Notes: generated by a model from the sequence alone, not told the origin. 64,000 nucleotides of DNA from a bacterium (GCA_043803945.1 JAZDJN010000027.1:7931-71930); one strand, 5' to 3'; shown: positions 10,008 through 19,706, counted from the stretch's first letter. Numbers and translations are program-made.

Positions 10008-10580
10008 TTACTCTAGCAGAAACAGTATTAAATACAGATGCTGCAACGATTTACTCAACGATTTAATCGCTCGCTTCAGTTGGGTTTTAACTGTATTGAT
10101 ACTGACCTTTTCTATCTCAGCAATTTCCTGGTAGGAGAGGTTGTCATATTTTGCCATAGAGAATATCTGCCGGCACTTGGGAGGCAGTTTCTTAATGGCC
10201 TTTTCCAGTGCTTCGGCGAGTTCGTTCCGTTCCAATTGTGTGTCTGGCTGGGGATTGGTTGTATCAACTCGATCCTCTTCAAATTCCAAAGAAGTGAAAA
10301 AACTCTGGTGTTTGAGATAGTTCAAGCATGAATTCTTCACCGAGGTATACAGGTAGCTTTTCAGATTGCTCGTGATTTGCAGGGATTGTCTGACATCCCA
10401 GAGTTTCACAAAGAACTCTTGAACGATGTTCTCTGCGGCGCCAGGATCTCGAACATATCGTGCGGCAAAATAGTACAGCGGTTCGTAGTACGATCGGAAG
10501 AGCTCAGAAAACGACTCAAGATCACCCCGGCGAATGCCTTCAGTGATGTCGTTATCGCTATGTCGAGGAGAAGCATTCAA
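10008..10580 (-). CDS. RNA polymerase ECF-type sigma-70 factor
   Basis: 190 aa. The region 2 motifs are 'FSELFRSYYEPLYYFAARYVRD...ENIVQEFFVKLW'. Region 4 is the HTH 'LSYQEIAEIEKVSINTVKTQLKRAIKSL'. Confidence 0.8.
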   Translation of the reverse strand: MNASPRHSDNDITEGIRRGDLESFSELFRSYYEPLYYFAARYVRDPGAAENIVQEFFVKLWDVRQSLQITSNLKSYLYTSVKNSCLNYLKHQSFFTSLEFEEDRVDTTNPQPDTQLERNELAEALEKAIKKLPPKCRQIFSMAKYDNLSYQEIAEIEKVSINTVKTQLKRAIKSLSKSLQHLYLILFLLE

Positions 10581-11056
10581 AGGCTTACATCAATCTATTG
10601 GCCTATCGTGAGAATCGCTACCATCGCTGCGAAAACTATTCGCTCCAATAGAGCGGCGATGGATTGTCCAATACTACGGCATTGCTATTCCTAAGATACA
10701 TCAGGAAATCCTGAAATACTAAAGGGAGGGATTGAATCAACAGTTCAGTAAGATTCCAAGGCGTTTCCCTACTAGGTTCACAGAGGCGGAGAGTCTTTTA
10801 AGGATTTTAAATATCTTCCAGAAGTAATCTCCTATTCCGTTGCTAGTACAAATTATGTTTTATACTAGCGGATTTAACAAGGGGAAAATCGAACTTGACA
10901 TTATCTTTGATTTCAAGTAACCTTGTATGGAGCTAGCTTAAGATTTTTCTGATAGACTATGAGATGTAATACTATCTCAATTCTACTAAATTTCATATGT
11001 ATTACCCTTTCAATACTGTTTCATTTATAGGTCAAGAATTTTGATCAGAGAAACGT

Positions 11057-11914
11057 TTGATGAAACAGGTAATCATTCTATGTTCATTCCTAATTAATGC
11101 CGCTCTTCTTTCAATTGCTGCCTTTGCTCAAGAAAAATCATCAATCCAACTAGATTCGCTTTTTAAGTCTAGAGTACAACTAGAAGAACAGGAGCTTTTT
11201 GATTTTCTTACAAATTTTAAATTTATATACATCGATAAACAAAATGAATTTAACAGAGCTCGTCAATTGAAAAGGATTGATAGTATCACATCAATTCTTC
11301 GTGCTTCTTGGAGGACAAGAAGCAAGATAAAACTCCTTAAATCATCTATAAGTACAAATCCAAATTCGAATACGATGTTTCATATTGGTAAGTATGACTT
11401 CAAGCGAGAGGCATTTGAGATTAAGCTAGGTAAGGTACCTTTTGCAGATAAATTAGACGTTGAAGAAGAGATTCTCAATAAATATTTAAGGAATAAAATA
11501 CCGAGGAGCACAAATATTTTAGGCGCATATATACTGCTATTCCTTGACAACTTCCAAATGGATAAAAAATATTTTCTTCCAATGAATACTTCTAGTGCTG
11601 AAGAATTTAAGCGACGGATTGAAGAGTATGAAACACCATGTGAAGTCGTTATTGATTTTTTAAGCTTTATCAAAGAAAGCATTAGTCTTGAATCTACAAT
11701 TGGTTTCGATAATTACAAGAATTCTCAAAAAGCTAACTTTCAGGGGATGTCCAAAAACGAAAGAGAAAGAATTCTGTTACAGCGATACCGATCACTATAT
11801 CCATATAATCTATCGCACGAAGCATCTTTTTTTCTTGAAGTTACTTTCAGGATCGTAGCAATTAGATTTTTTGATGTTTTCACCGATAAATATATTGATT
11901 GGGTTCCGAGATGA
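11057..11914 (+). CDS. Hypothetical secreted protein encoded in the low-GC island
   Basis: 285-aa ORF with a signal peptide (LLSIAAFAQE). Composition is AT-rich and I recognise no family. Confidence 0.45.
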   Translation: MMKQVIILCSFLINAALLSIAAFAQEKSSIQLDSLFKSRVQLEEQELFDFLTNFKFIYIDKQNEFNRARQLKRIDSITSILRASWRTRSKIKLLKSSISTNPNSNTMFHIGKYDFKREAFEIKLGKVPFADKLDVEEEILNKYLRNKIPRSTNILGAYILLFLDNFQMDKKYFLPMNTSSAEEFKRRIEEYETPCEVVIDFLSFIKESISLESTIGFDNYKNSQKANFQGMSKNERERILLQRYRSLYPYNLSHEASFFLEVTFRIVAIRFFDVFTDKYIDWVPR

Positions 11915-12031
11915 ACATCAGTAAATAGTATTTCTTTTTCTTCTAACAAGCTTTAATAAATGCATCTTACCAAAGAGTAATAATAAAGACGTTTCAACAT
12001 TAGGATATATTTCCTACTTATTATAGAAAAT

Positions 12032-13480
12032 TTGTCCCAGACAATTGAATATGTAAAGGCGGGCAATATGAACGCATCTAAAGTAATTTATATGAGTACT
12101 CTAATATTATCCTTCCCGTTTATCTTAGTGGGACAACCTTCATTAGATTGGATAAATAGAACTTCCACAAAAGAAAGCAATATCTTTAACTCTAGAATAT
12201 TTTTCTTTCCAGACTATTTGTTCCATCCGCTTTCTAGATATCAATATTATATTTTTCCAGACGACGAATTCGAAGAACATAAATTGAAAGAAAATCAAAA
12301 GTCTTTTCAATTACTCTTCGCATCTCGATGGAAAAATGGTTTCTTACTACAAATACCAATCGATGTGGGGAATAAATTAACAAATAGTAGTTACTTTCAA
12401 ATGGGGGTATATGATTTTAGATCGGAGTCTTTTCCATTGAGATTTGTTGGTGGCAATTTGGATTTTCCACTTTATAGGGAAGATGTTGATCAAACGCACC
12501 TGCAGAATGTATCTCAAGCAAAAGGCACAAAATATGCGTATCCGGGCCGAGGTGCAATACGATTGAGATCGAGTAAACCTTCAACAACTTTTTTTTCTTT
12601 GAAGGTTCCGAAACATTTTGCTGAAATATTCAAAAGTGGTGTAATTTCAGAAGGAATTGGAATTCAACTAATAATTGATTTTGAAAATTCGATTTCATAT
12701 TCATCAGCTCAAAAACCTACAAATCATTTTAAAGAGCAGATAGGAATTTGGAAGTTTAATAAAATTAATGAACAAGCTCTTAATACATATTTGAAGGAAT
12801 TTGGAAAAGTATTTGGAAGGCCAATGGAATTGATTCAATGCTTAAATTTGACAATAAAAATTAGAGGTTTTAGAATTGTTGATTATGAACAGATTATCCT
12901 TTTCGAGTGGATAGACAATTTAGCAACTCCTGGTTTATGGAAGATTGATTCAAAGAATTCAACATTCAGTGATCAGCTCATTATCGCTGAGCAACCGTTA
13001 GATACATTTATATCACAATGGGCGGAGTATCCATGGCATAGAGAAACTATCATCTCAAGTTACTCTATAGATAAGAATCAGGTTTCTAAACAAGAATGGC
13101 AATCATTTTTATCTCGGGATCTATATAATACAAGGAATGGATTTTTGACTTCTACTTCAATGAGCTATCTATCAGATGAATTTTCTTGGTGGGATTGTGA
13201 TTTCTATTTAAAAAGAATTGGTAAAAGATTACCGTCGAATTATGAAATTCGGCAGGCCGTCTCAGATAAACTTAAAAGCACTAATTCCAATAATAAGGCC
13301 TTCATTACTTTGATTAATTATCATAATGAGATTTGTAATAATTCGATAGATTTCAATAACAGGGAACACCTCTTTATTTCACGTAATGAAACCGGTCGAT
13401 GGTCAAAGACCGAATTTGACATAGATGATGATTACTGGCATTGGTCGAACTCGATCGGTTTTCGCGGTGTACATCACTGA
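12032..13480 (+). CDS. Hypothetical secreted protein with a degenerate FGE-sulfatase (SUMF1/DUF323)-like C-terminal region
   Basis: 482 aa with an N-terminal hydrophobic segment. The C-terminal part carries 'EYPW', 'VSKQEWQSFL', 'WWDCDFYLKRIGKRLPSNYEIRQAV' (compare the FGE 'W..A.AYC.W.G.RLPTEAEWEYAA' motif) and a terminal 'IGFRGV' (compare 'GFRCV'). Confidence 0.45.
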   Translation: MSQTIEYVKAGNMNASKVIYMSTLILSFPFILVGQPSLDWINRTSTKESNIFNSRIFFFPDYLFHPLSRYQYYIFPDDEFEEHKLKENQKSFQLLFASRWKNGFLLQIPIDVGNKLTNSSYFQMGVYDFRSESFPLRFVGGNLDFPLYREDVDQTHLQNVSQAKGTKYAYPGRGAIRLRSSKPSTTFFSLKVPKHFAEIFKSGVISEGIGIQLIIDFENSISYSSAQKPTNHFKEQIGIWKFNKINEQALNTYLKEFGKVFGRPMELIQCLNLTIKIRGFRIVDYEQIILFEWIDNLATPGLWKIDSKNSTFSDQLIIAEQPLDTFISQWAEYPWHRETIISSYSIDKNQVSKQEWQSFLSRDLYNTRNGFLTSTSMSYLSDEFSWWDCDFYLKRIGKRLPSNYEIRQAVSDKLKSTNSNNKAFITLINYHNEICNNSIDFNNREHLFISRNETGRWSKTEFDIDDDYWHWSNSIGFRGVHH

Positions 13481-13644
13481 TAATTTCTCTACGCTTATGA
13501 TTAATTTGATAAATAATAAAAATACATCAAACCCTATAAATAATTGTGAAAAACCTTATTGAACCTAGGTATTGGATTATCATTGTAGATTCTGAAATTG
13601 TAATATCAAACATCACTAACTAATCTTTCTACTGGCACCATACT

Positions 13645-14298
13645 ATGCCACTATCTGAGTTGAGCTGGAAGTTAATCCTTCTTTTTACTCCTGGGATTAT
13701 ATGCACTTTAACGATTGACATGTTGACAATTCATGCTCGTTGGTCACCATTCGATTTTCTAATCAGGTCTTTCATTTATGGTATCATTACTTATTTATTT
13801 TTACAGTTGCTACTCTTTACATATTTTGGAATTTATAGCGTTTACCATCATGAACAAATAACCATCGCTTACTTATCTATTTGGCGATTAATTACGGAGC
13901 AAGGACAGACCGTTAATATCATTGAGATTACGGGGTCATCTATATTATCAATCATCGTAGGATTTATTGCTAGCAAGGTGATGAATGACAAAGTATTAAT
14001 TAAGATTGGAAGGAAGCTAAAGATTACCTCTAAATTTGGAGACGATGATGTATGGTCATATTTCCTGAGTGATGACGAAGTACACTGGGTTTGGGTCCGA
14101 TGTCCAAAAGACAATATTGTTTACGAGGGTTGGGTTCAGGCGTTTTCTGAATCAGAAAAATATCGAGAAATCGTTTTACGAGATGTCAAAGTCTATGCAA
14201 ACAACAATTCTTCCTTCTTGTATGAGATTCCCGCTGCTTATCTATCAGGGGAACCGAATGATTTATTCATAGAGATTCCACCAGATCCATTTTTATGA
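13645..14298 (+). CDS. Hypothetical integral membrane protein (~4 TM plus soluble C-terminal domain) encoded in the low-GC island
   Basis: 217-aa ORF with four hydrophobic helices in the first 110 aa followed by a charged C-terminal domain. Confidence 0.4.
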   Translation: MPLSELSWKLILLFTPGIICTLTIDMLTIHARWSPFDFLIRSFIYGIITYLFLQLLLFTYFGIYSVYHHEQITIAYLSIWRLITEQGQTVNIIEITGSSILSIIVGFIASKVMNDKVLIKIGRKLKITSKFGDDDVWSYFLSDDEVHWVWVRCPKDNIVYEGWVQAFSESEKYREIVLRDVKVYANNNSSFLYEIPAAYLSGEPNDLFIEIPPDPFL

Positions 14299-14621
14299 GA
14301 AAACATGTATTCATAAATCCCCATAATCCGATCGAAATATATATAGGAGATTATCATGCGAAAAATACTTGCTGAGGGAACCGACAAGAAATCGATAAAG
14401 CCAAAACCACAAAAGCCACGTCCCAGCACACCTCCTCCACCACAACCAAGGCCTCATGGTGGAAGATAATAATACAAGCACAATAACTTTAGTTGTAGAT
14501 ATTGACTTATAGCTATTTGAATTGGAAGAATATTCTTAACTAGTATCCAAATATCAGTAGGATCAATTGTATGAGTATGTACGCTAACAATTCTAATATC
14601 TTATTTTATGAAAGGTACATT

Positions 14622-17486
14622 ATGAGACGATATCTTTTTGCCTTCTTATCCTTGTTATTCTCCTTCAGCACACTCGCAGTTGCTGGTGAAAAGGGGAAAG
14701 AGTTTAAAATTCCGTATGAGAAATATAAGCTTGCCAATGGCTTGAATGTCATTCTCCATATGGACAAATCCGATCCCATCGCCTCGATCTACGTCTGTTA
14801 CCATGTCGGCTCGAATCGTGAGACGAAGGGGCATACGGGATTTGCTCACCTGTTCGAACACATTATGTTTCAGGAGTCGCAGCACATTCCACAGGATCAG
14901 TTCTTTAAAAAGATTCAGGGTGCTGGCGGGACGTTAAATGGCTCGACAAATAATGACCGGACAAATTACTATGAGACGGTTCCGAAAAATGCATTGGAGA
15001 TGGCGCTCTGGATGGAAGCCGACCGGATGGGATTTCTGCTGAGCAAACTCACGCAGGAAGCATTCGAGAATCAGCAGAACGTTGTGCAGAATGAGAAACG
15101 GCAAAACTACGACAACCGTCCACTCGGCAACTCAGGGTATGTGTTGAGCAAATTGCTCTACCCTGATATCCATCCCTACAACTGGCAGGTCATCGGCTCG
15201 TTGGATGATCTTGGTAATGCCAGCCTGCAGGATGTTATCGACTTCTATCGAAAATATTATGGCCCGCAGAATGCAACACTGGTTGTTGCCGGCGATCTCG
15301 ATGTGCCGCAAACAAAAAAATGGATTGAAAAATATTTCGGAGAAATCAAGGGAGGAGCAAAAGCTCAATCGCTTTCCAAGATGCCTGTGACATTGACGGA
15401 AACAAAGAAAGCATACTATGAGGATGATCTCACAAACTCCAATTCCTTTACAATGGCATTCCCGACGGTTGAAGAATACAACAAGGACTCCTATGCACTG
15501 AGGTATCTCGGTCAGTTGCTCGCGAGCGGAAAGAAATCTCCGATGTATCGTGTGCTTGTAGACGAGAAAAAACTGACTCCAAGCATGGGCGGAGGAGGCG
15601 GAGGCCGCGGTATGGGCGGCGGCGGTGGTGGAGCAATGAACAGGAGCATGGAACTGAGCGGATCATTCAACATCTCGGTGCAGCCTTATCCCGATAAAAA
15701 TCTTACCGATGTGGAATCCGCTGTGAAGGAAGCTTTTGAATTGTTCGAGAAAGAACGCTTCACCGATAAAGATTTGGAACGGCTCAAAACCGGTATTGAA
15801 TTACAGTTCTATAACAGTATCGCCGGTGTTGCCGGAAAAGCTTCACGCCTGGGCGATCTGAATGAATATGCTGGTTCTCCCGACTTCCTGAATTCCGACC
15901 TCAACAATTCCCTCAATGTGACGAAGGAAGATATCTGGAGAGTATACAACCAGTATATCAAGGGGAAAAATTATGTCGTGCTCAGTATCGTACCGACAGG
16001 GAAATCAAATCTTGTTGTACAAGGTTCAACACTGTTCGTTATACCTGAGGAGTCGATATCCAGGCAGGGCACCGCGAAGAAGAGTGCAACTTCTGTAAAA
16101 GTTGAGCCAACCCCGACAAAATTTGATCGATCGAAGGAACCGCCGAAAGGCTCTAACCCGGCTGTGACGATTCCAAAAATATGGACAGCGAACACAAAGA
16201 ACGGAATCAAGATTTATGGTATTACCCATAAAGAACTTCCGCTTGTTCAATTCTCTGTCTCGCTGAAAGGCGGAATGATGCTCGATCCAAAAGATAAGAT
16301 CGGCACATCTTCTTTGACCGCACGGCTGATGAATGAGGGGACCAAGACTAAAACTCCGGTGGAATTGCGTGAAACCATGCAGGACCTTGGTGTCAGTGTC
16401 TCGATGAGCAGCGGCGAAGAAACGTTTACGGTCTCCAGTAGCTGCCTCGCAAACAAACTCGCTGATGCCGTTGCTCTTGCAAAGGAAATGATGTTTGAGC
16501 CGCGATGGGATGAGAAGGAGTTCGCCCTGGCAAAACGCCAAACTATGGAATCCTTTAAACGGAGTGAAAGCAGCCCTGCCAGTATTGCCACAAGAGTGTT
16601 CGACAAGCTTGTCTATGGTGCCGATCATATTCTGGCGAGTTCTGCAAGCGGGACGGCAAAATCGATCGAGAGCATTACCATCGACGATCTGAAGAATTAC
16701 TACAACAACTATTTCTCACCCTCCGTCGCTAAGATTATGGTGGTAGGGGACATTACCAAAGAAAAAGCAGTTGCTATGTTTGATGCATTGAAAGATTGGC
16801 AAGCAAAGGAAGTTAAGATTCCAAAGATTTCCGTCGAACCATCCAAAATGAAACCCGGCATCTACTTTGTCGATGTTCCGAATGCAAAGCAATCGGAATT
16901 CAGAGTCGGTCATTTGGGACTTGCCAGAACAAATTCTGATTACTACAAAGCGGTCGTCATGAATTACCACCTTGGCGGTAACTTCAATGGAATTCTGAAC
17001 ATGATCCTGCGAGAGGAGAAGGGATACACATACGGTGCCCGTTCCAGTTTCTCCGGAACAACAAATCCCGGTACTTTCCAGGCATCATCGAGCATTCAGG
17101 GAAATGCAACCTTGGAAACCTCAAAAATCATCCATTCGGAGATCGATAAATATCGTCAGGGAATATCCCCCGAGAATCTTGCCCTCGTTAAAAGCACAAT
17201 CCTGAATGGCGAGGCATTGAATTATGAGACTATTCGCCAGTTGGCTGGCATGCTTTCCCTGATTGTTCAGTACGATCTGCCGTTCGATTATGTCAAAAAG
17301 CAGCAAGAGATTGTCAAGAATATGAGCACGTCAGAGCATAAGGCACTCTCGGAAAAATATCTGCTGCCGGATAAGATGATCTATCTCATCGTGGGTGATA
17401 AAGCAACTCAGTTTGACAAGTTGAAGGAAGTCGGCCTTGGAACTCCTATCCTGTTGGATAAAGAAGGAAAACCGGTCGCACAATAA
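14622..17486 (+). CDS. M16-family (pitrilysin/insulinase-like) zinc peptidase, two-domain, secreted
   Basis: The inverted zinc motif HxxEH is 'GFAHLFEHIMF', with the downstream E in 'NVVQNEKRQ'. There is a signal peptide and a length of ~955 aa, typical of two-repeat M16 enzymes. The probable start is the ATG at 14622 (MRRYLFAFLSLL); the ORF is open from 14571. Confidence 0.8.
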   Translation: MRRYLFAFLSLLFSFSTLAVAGEKGKEFKIPYEKYKLANGLNVILHMDKSDPIASIYVCYHVGSNRETKGHTGFAHLFEHIMFQESQHIPQDQFFKKIQGAGGTLNGSTNNDRTNYYETVPKNALEMALWMEADRMGFLLSKLTQEAFENQQNVVQNEKRQNYDNRPLGNSGYVLSKLLYPDIHPYNWQVIGSLDDLGNASLQDVIDFYRKYYGPQNATLVVAGDLDVPQTKKWIEKYFGEIKGGAKAQSLSKMPVTLTETKKAYYEDDLTNSNSFTMAFPTVEEYNKDSYALRYLGQLLASGKKSPMYRVLVDEKKLTPSMGGGGGGRGMGGGGGGAMNRSMELSGSFNISVQPYPDKNLTDVESAVKEAFELFEKERFTDKDLERLKTGIELQFYNSIAGVAGKASRLGDLNEYAGSPDFLNSDLNNSLNVTKEDIWRVYNQYIKGKNYVVLSIVPTGKSNLVVQGSTLFVIPEESISRQGTAKKSATSVKVEPTPTKFDRSKEPPKGSNPAVTIPKIWTANTKNGIKIYGITHKELPLVQFSVSLKGGMMLDPKDKIGTSSLTARLMNEGTKTKTPVELRETMQDLGVSVSMSSGEETFTVSSSCLANKLADAVALAKEMMFEPRWDEKEFALAKRQTMESFKRSESSPASIATRVFDKLVYGADHILASSASGTAKSIESITIDDLKNYYNNYFSPSVAKIMVVGDITKEKAVAMFDALKDWQAKEVKIPKISVEPSKMKPGIYFVDVPNAKQSEFRVGHLGLARTNSDYYKAVVMNYHLGGNFNGILNMILREEKGYTYGARSSFSGTTNPGTFQASSSIQGNATLETSKIIHSEIDKYRQGISPENLALVKSTILNGEALNYETIRQLAGMLSLIVQYDLPFDYVKKQQEIVKNMSTSEHKALSEKYLLPDKMIYLIVGDKATQFDKLKEVGLGTPILLDKEGKPVAQ

Positions 17487-17513
17487 TTCTATGGTACATA
17501 AGTTTCATTAACA

Positions 17514-17545
17514 GAGTCCCGCTCAAAGCGGGACTTTCTTTTGGA
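17514..17545 (+). terminator. Rho-independent terminator after the M16 peptidase gene
   Basis: The hairpin 'gagtcccgctcaaagcgggact' is followed by 'ttcttttgg'. Confidence 0.55.
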
Positions 17546-17742
17546 ATCCTTTTCCTGATACCCTCGAGGCAAGAGTATTGAAGATGCTTTCCAAGCTGTG
17601 AAAGAAAGAATAACATTGCCTTTGACATCGTCTTTATCCCAGCCGGCTTGACGATGATTGTAAAATGATTATTTTGGCATAAAGTGTTGCATGTGGCCTG
17701 GCTGATAGCTCTGAAAAATGTTGAACATCACAAGGAGAAGCA

Positions 17743-18687
17743 ATGAGAAATCACATCGATCGTCGTCAATTTCTCAAACGATGTTCGGTGAGAAGTTTAG
17801 GGATTCTTGTCAGCCCCAATTTAACCGGCATGCTTGCAGGTCAGTGGAGCGATGGATCTCCAGAGCACACCGTCTCTGTTGTCGCAGGAGATCGATATTT
17901 CGAAAACACCATCAAGGCCATTGAAGCATTGGGAGGAATGAAACGATTTGTCAAGAAAGGTGCATTGGTCGCATTACTCATTAACTCCGTCTTCGACAGG
18001 CCCGGATCTGTTGTCCATACTGATATCCCTCTTGCTGTTCTCAAAATGTGCCTCGATGCCGGAGCGGGAAGAGTTCTCACCATCGAAAATACTCCGAGAA
18101 TATTTTGGAAGATGGGTACGATGTCTGAGAAGTTCACGAAGGAGATCAATGGCATCGGATATTCATCAGACAAAAAAAATGTGAACCTCCCCGGAGCTGT
18201 GTATCTAAAGCAAGGATCGGTGTCGTCTTCGCTTATCGCATGTGATGTCTTTATTAATATCCCGATTATCAAAGATCATAAGGGCACGCAATATACAGGG
18301 AACCTTAAAAACATGATGGGGGCATTCTCTTCAGCAACTTGCAGGCGTTGTCATTATGGAGATCAATCCCTTCTCACCCAAATATTCCAGGGTGCTTATG
18401 AGAAGGTGGAGTTGCTGACGCAATCCATAGCTGATTTAAACCTAGTTCGCACTCCTGACCTGAGCGTAGCGGATGTTACAGAGATATTGGCAACGAACGG
18501 TCCGGTCGGTCCGGGGAAAATTATCAGGCCGATGGAAATCGTCGCAGGTACGAATGCTCTTGCAGTGGATATGTATTGTGTAAAACATTTGGGACTGAAC
18601 GTCGAAGAGACCGTGACGATAAGACATGCACAAGAGCATCACTTAGGTCCGAAGAGTCTGGCAGAGGTGAAGGTCCTCTGGAATTAA
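17743..18687 (+). CDS. Tat-signal protein, DUF362-like
   Basis: The twin-arginine motif 'RRQFLKRCSVRSLGIL' is at the N-terminus. It is a ~300-aa protein resembling the DUF362 family; this recognition is from memory and has not been checked. Confidence 0.4.
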   Translation: MRNHIDRRQFLKRCSVRSLGILVSPNLTGMLAGQWSDGSPEHTVSVVAGDRYFENTIKAIEALGGMKRFVKKGALVALLINSVFDRPGSVVHTDIPLAVLKMCLDAGAGRVLTIENTPRIFWKMGTMSEKFTKEINGIGYSSDKKNVNLPGAVYLKQGSVSSSLIACDVFINIPIIKDHKGTQYTGNLKNMMGAFSSATCRRCHYGDQSLLTQIFQGAYEKVELLTQSIADLNLVRTPDLSVADVTEILATNGPVGPGKIIRPMEIVAGTNALAVDMYCVKHLGLNVEETVTIRHAQEHHLGPKSLAEVKVLWN

Positions 18688-18818
18688 GAATGGGATTTCT
18701 TGCTCTGCCTAACGATTTCGCTTCTCGATGCGCATTCGTCTTGAGAGCAAGCAATATGGTAGAACCTGGAAGAGTTATAGGCAGTTAGTATTGGAGGAGG
18801 GGTCGATCCTCATCCACA

Positions 18819-19217
18819 TTAGTTGAGTGTTCTGACAGTTATGCCAGAGGATCCCCTCTTTGTAAGGAGAACTGCCACAGGATTTAATCCATCCTCTCCC
18901 TTTACGGCATCTGCTCCATAACTGCAGGCGTAGACCTGGAGATTTTGCCCGGATCCACTCACCCAATATCCGATATCAGGCTCGTCAATAAAGAATTTAG
19001 TTAATACAAAGCCGGTGTATGATCCTCCGCCACCGCCGGTTTGAGTCGACCTAAGCTTGTATTGTTCAGCAAATTGGACAAGAAACTTAGCTTCCTGGAG
19101 TACCCTTTCCCTGGCACTGTCTGCATTGTAGTAGTCAAACATGCGTGTTCCTGCATAGATCGCCATGGAAATAATGATAACGCTCAAGACTATCAGCAGC
19201 AATTGTTGTTGTCCCAT
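18819..19217 (-). CDS. Small membrane-anchored hypothetical protein
   Basis: 132 aa with an N-terminal TM helix and a Gly-rich linker 'TGGGGGSYTG'. It lies 40 bp downstream of the 19257-19706 gene on the same strand. Confidence 0.4.
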   Translation of the reverse strand: MGQQQLLLIVLSVIIISMAIYAGTRMFDYYNADSARERVLQEAKFLVQFAEQYKLRSTQTGGGGGSYTGFVLTKFFIDEPDIGYWVSGSGQNLQVYACSYGADAVKGEDGLNPVAVLLTKRGSSGITVRTLN

Positions 19218-19256
19218 TGATTACCTCCAACATAATATTAAAATAAAAGTCGAACT

Positions 19257-19706
19257 CTATTGAACGATCGGGGGTGGAAGTTTCAGCTCGACCAATGGTG
19301 TTGTACTCTGGTTGCCCTTGATTGTGAGGACAGCCTTCGTCCTATTTATTTTTCCCATGTAATATGCTTTTAGCAGTAACACGACACCCATTTTTTTGTC
19401 ATCTGATATTGCATTCCACATTTCTTCATCGATGACCAGCGTTACGGTGGAGTCATTCTTTGACTTTACGAATCCTGTCTTTATCCACCCACTAATCGTT
19501 CCTTCCTGGTTGATGAAATTCAGAGAAATTCCAGGTTCGTTGCTGCTGGTGAACACATCGTACAGAATCAAAACCGCTCCAAGAACTACAACAACCAAAA
19601 GGTAACGAATAGTTCTCTTCAGCTTGGCGATCCGAACTCTTTCCCGCTGAGCAGCAGCTTTCTTTAAGCGCTTTATTTTCTCTGGGTCCCATTGTTGTAT
19701 GGGCAC
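19257..19706 (-). CDS. Small bitopic membrane hypothetical protein
   Basis: 149 aa with a basic N-terminal region, one TM helix ('YLLVVVVLGAVLILY') and a periplasmic domain. Confidence 0.4.
   Translation of the reverse strand: MPIQQWDPEKIKRLKKAAAQRERVRIAKLKRTIRYLLVVVVLGAVLILYDVFTSSNEPGISLNFINQEGTISGWIKTGFVKSKNDSTVTLVIDEEMWNAISDDKKMGVVLLLKAYYMGKINRTKAVLTIKGNQSTTPLVELKLPPPIVQ

Noticed and set aside
16026-16970. Antisense ORFs (16026..16628-, 16247..16606-, 16716..16970-) lie inside the M16 peptidase gene.
   Set aside because: They are overlapped throughout by a 950-aa protein with clear family motifs. These are shadow frames of a GC-richer gene.
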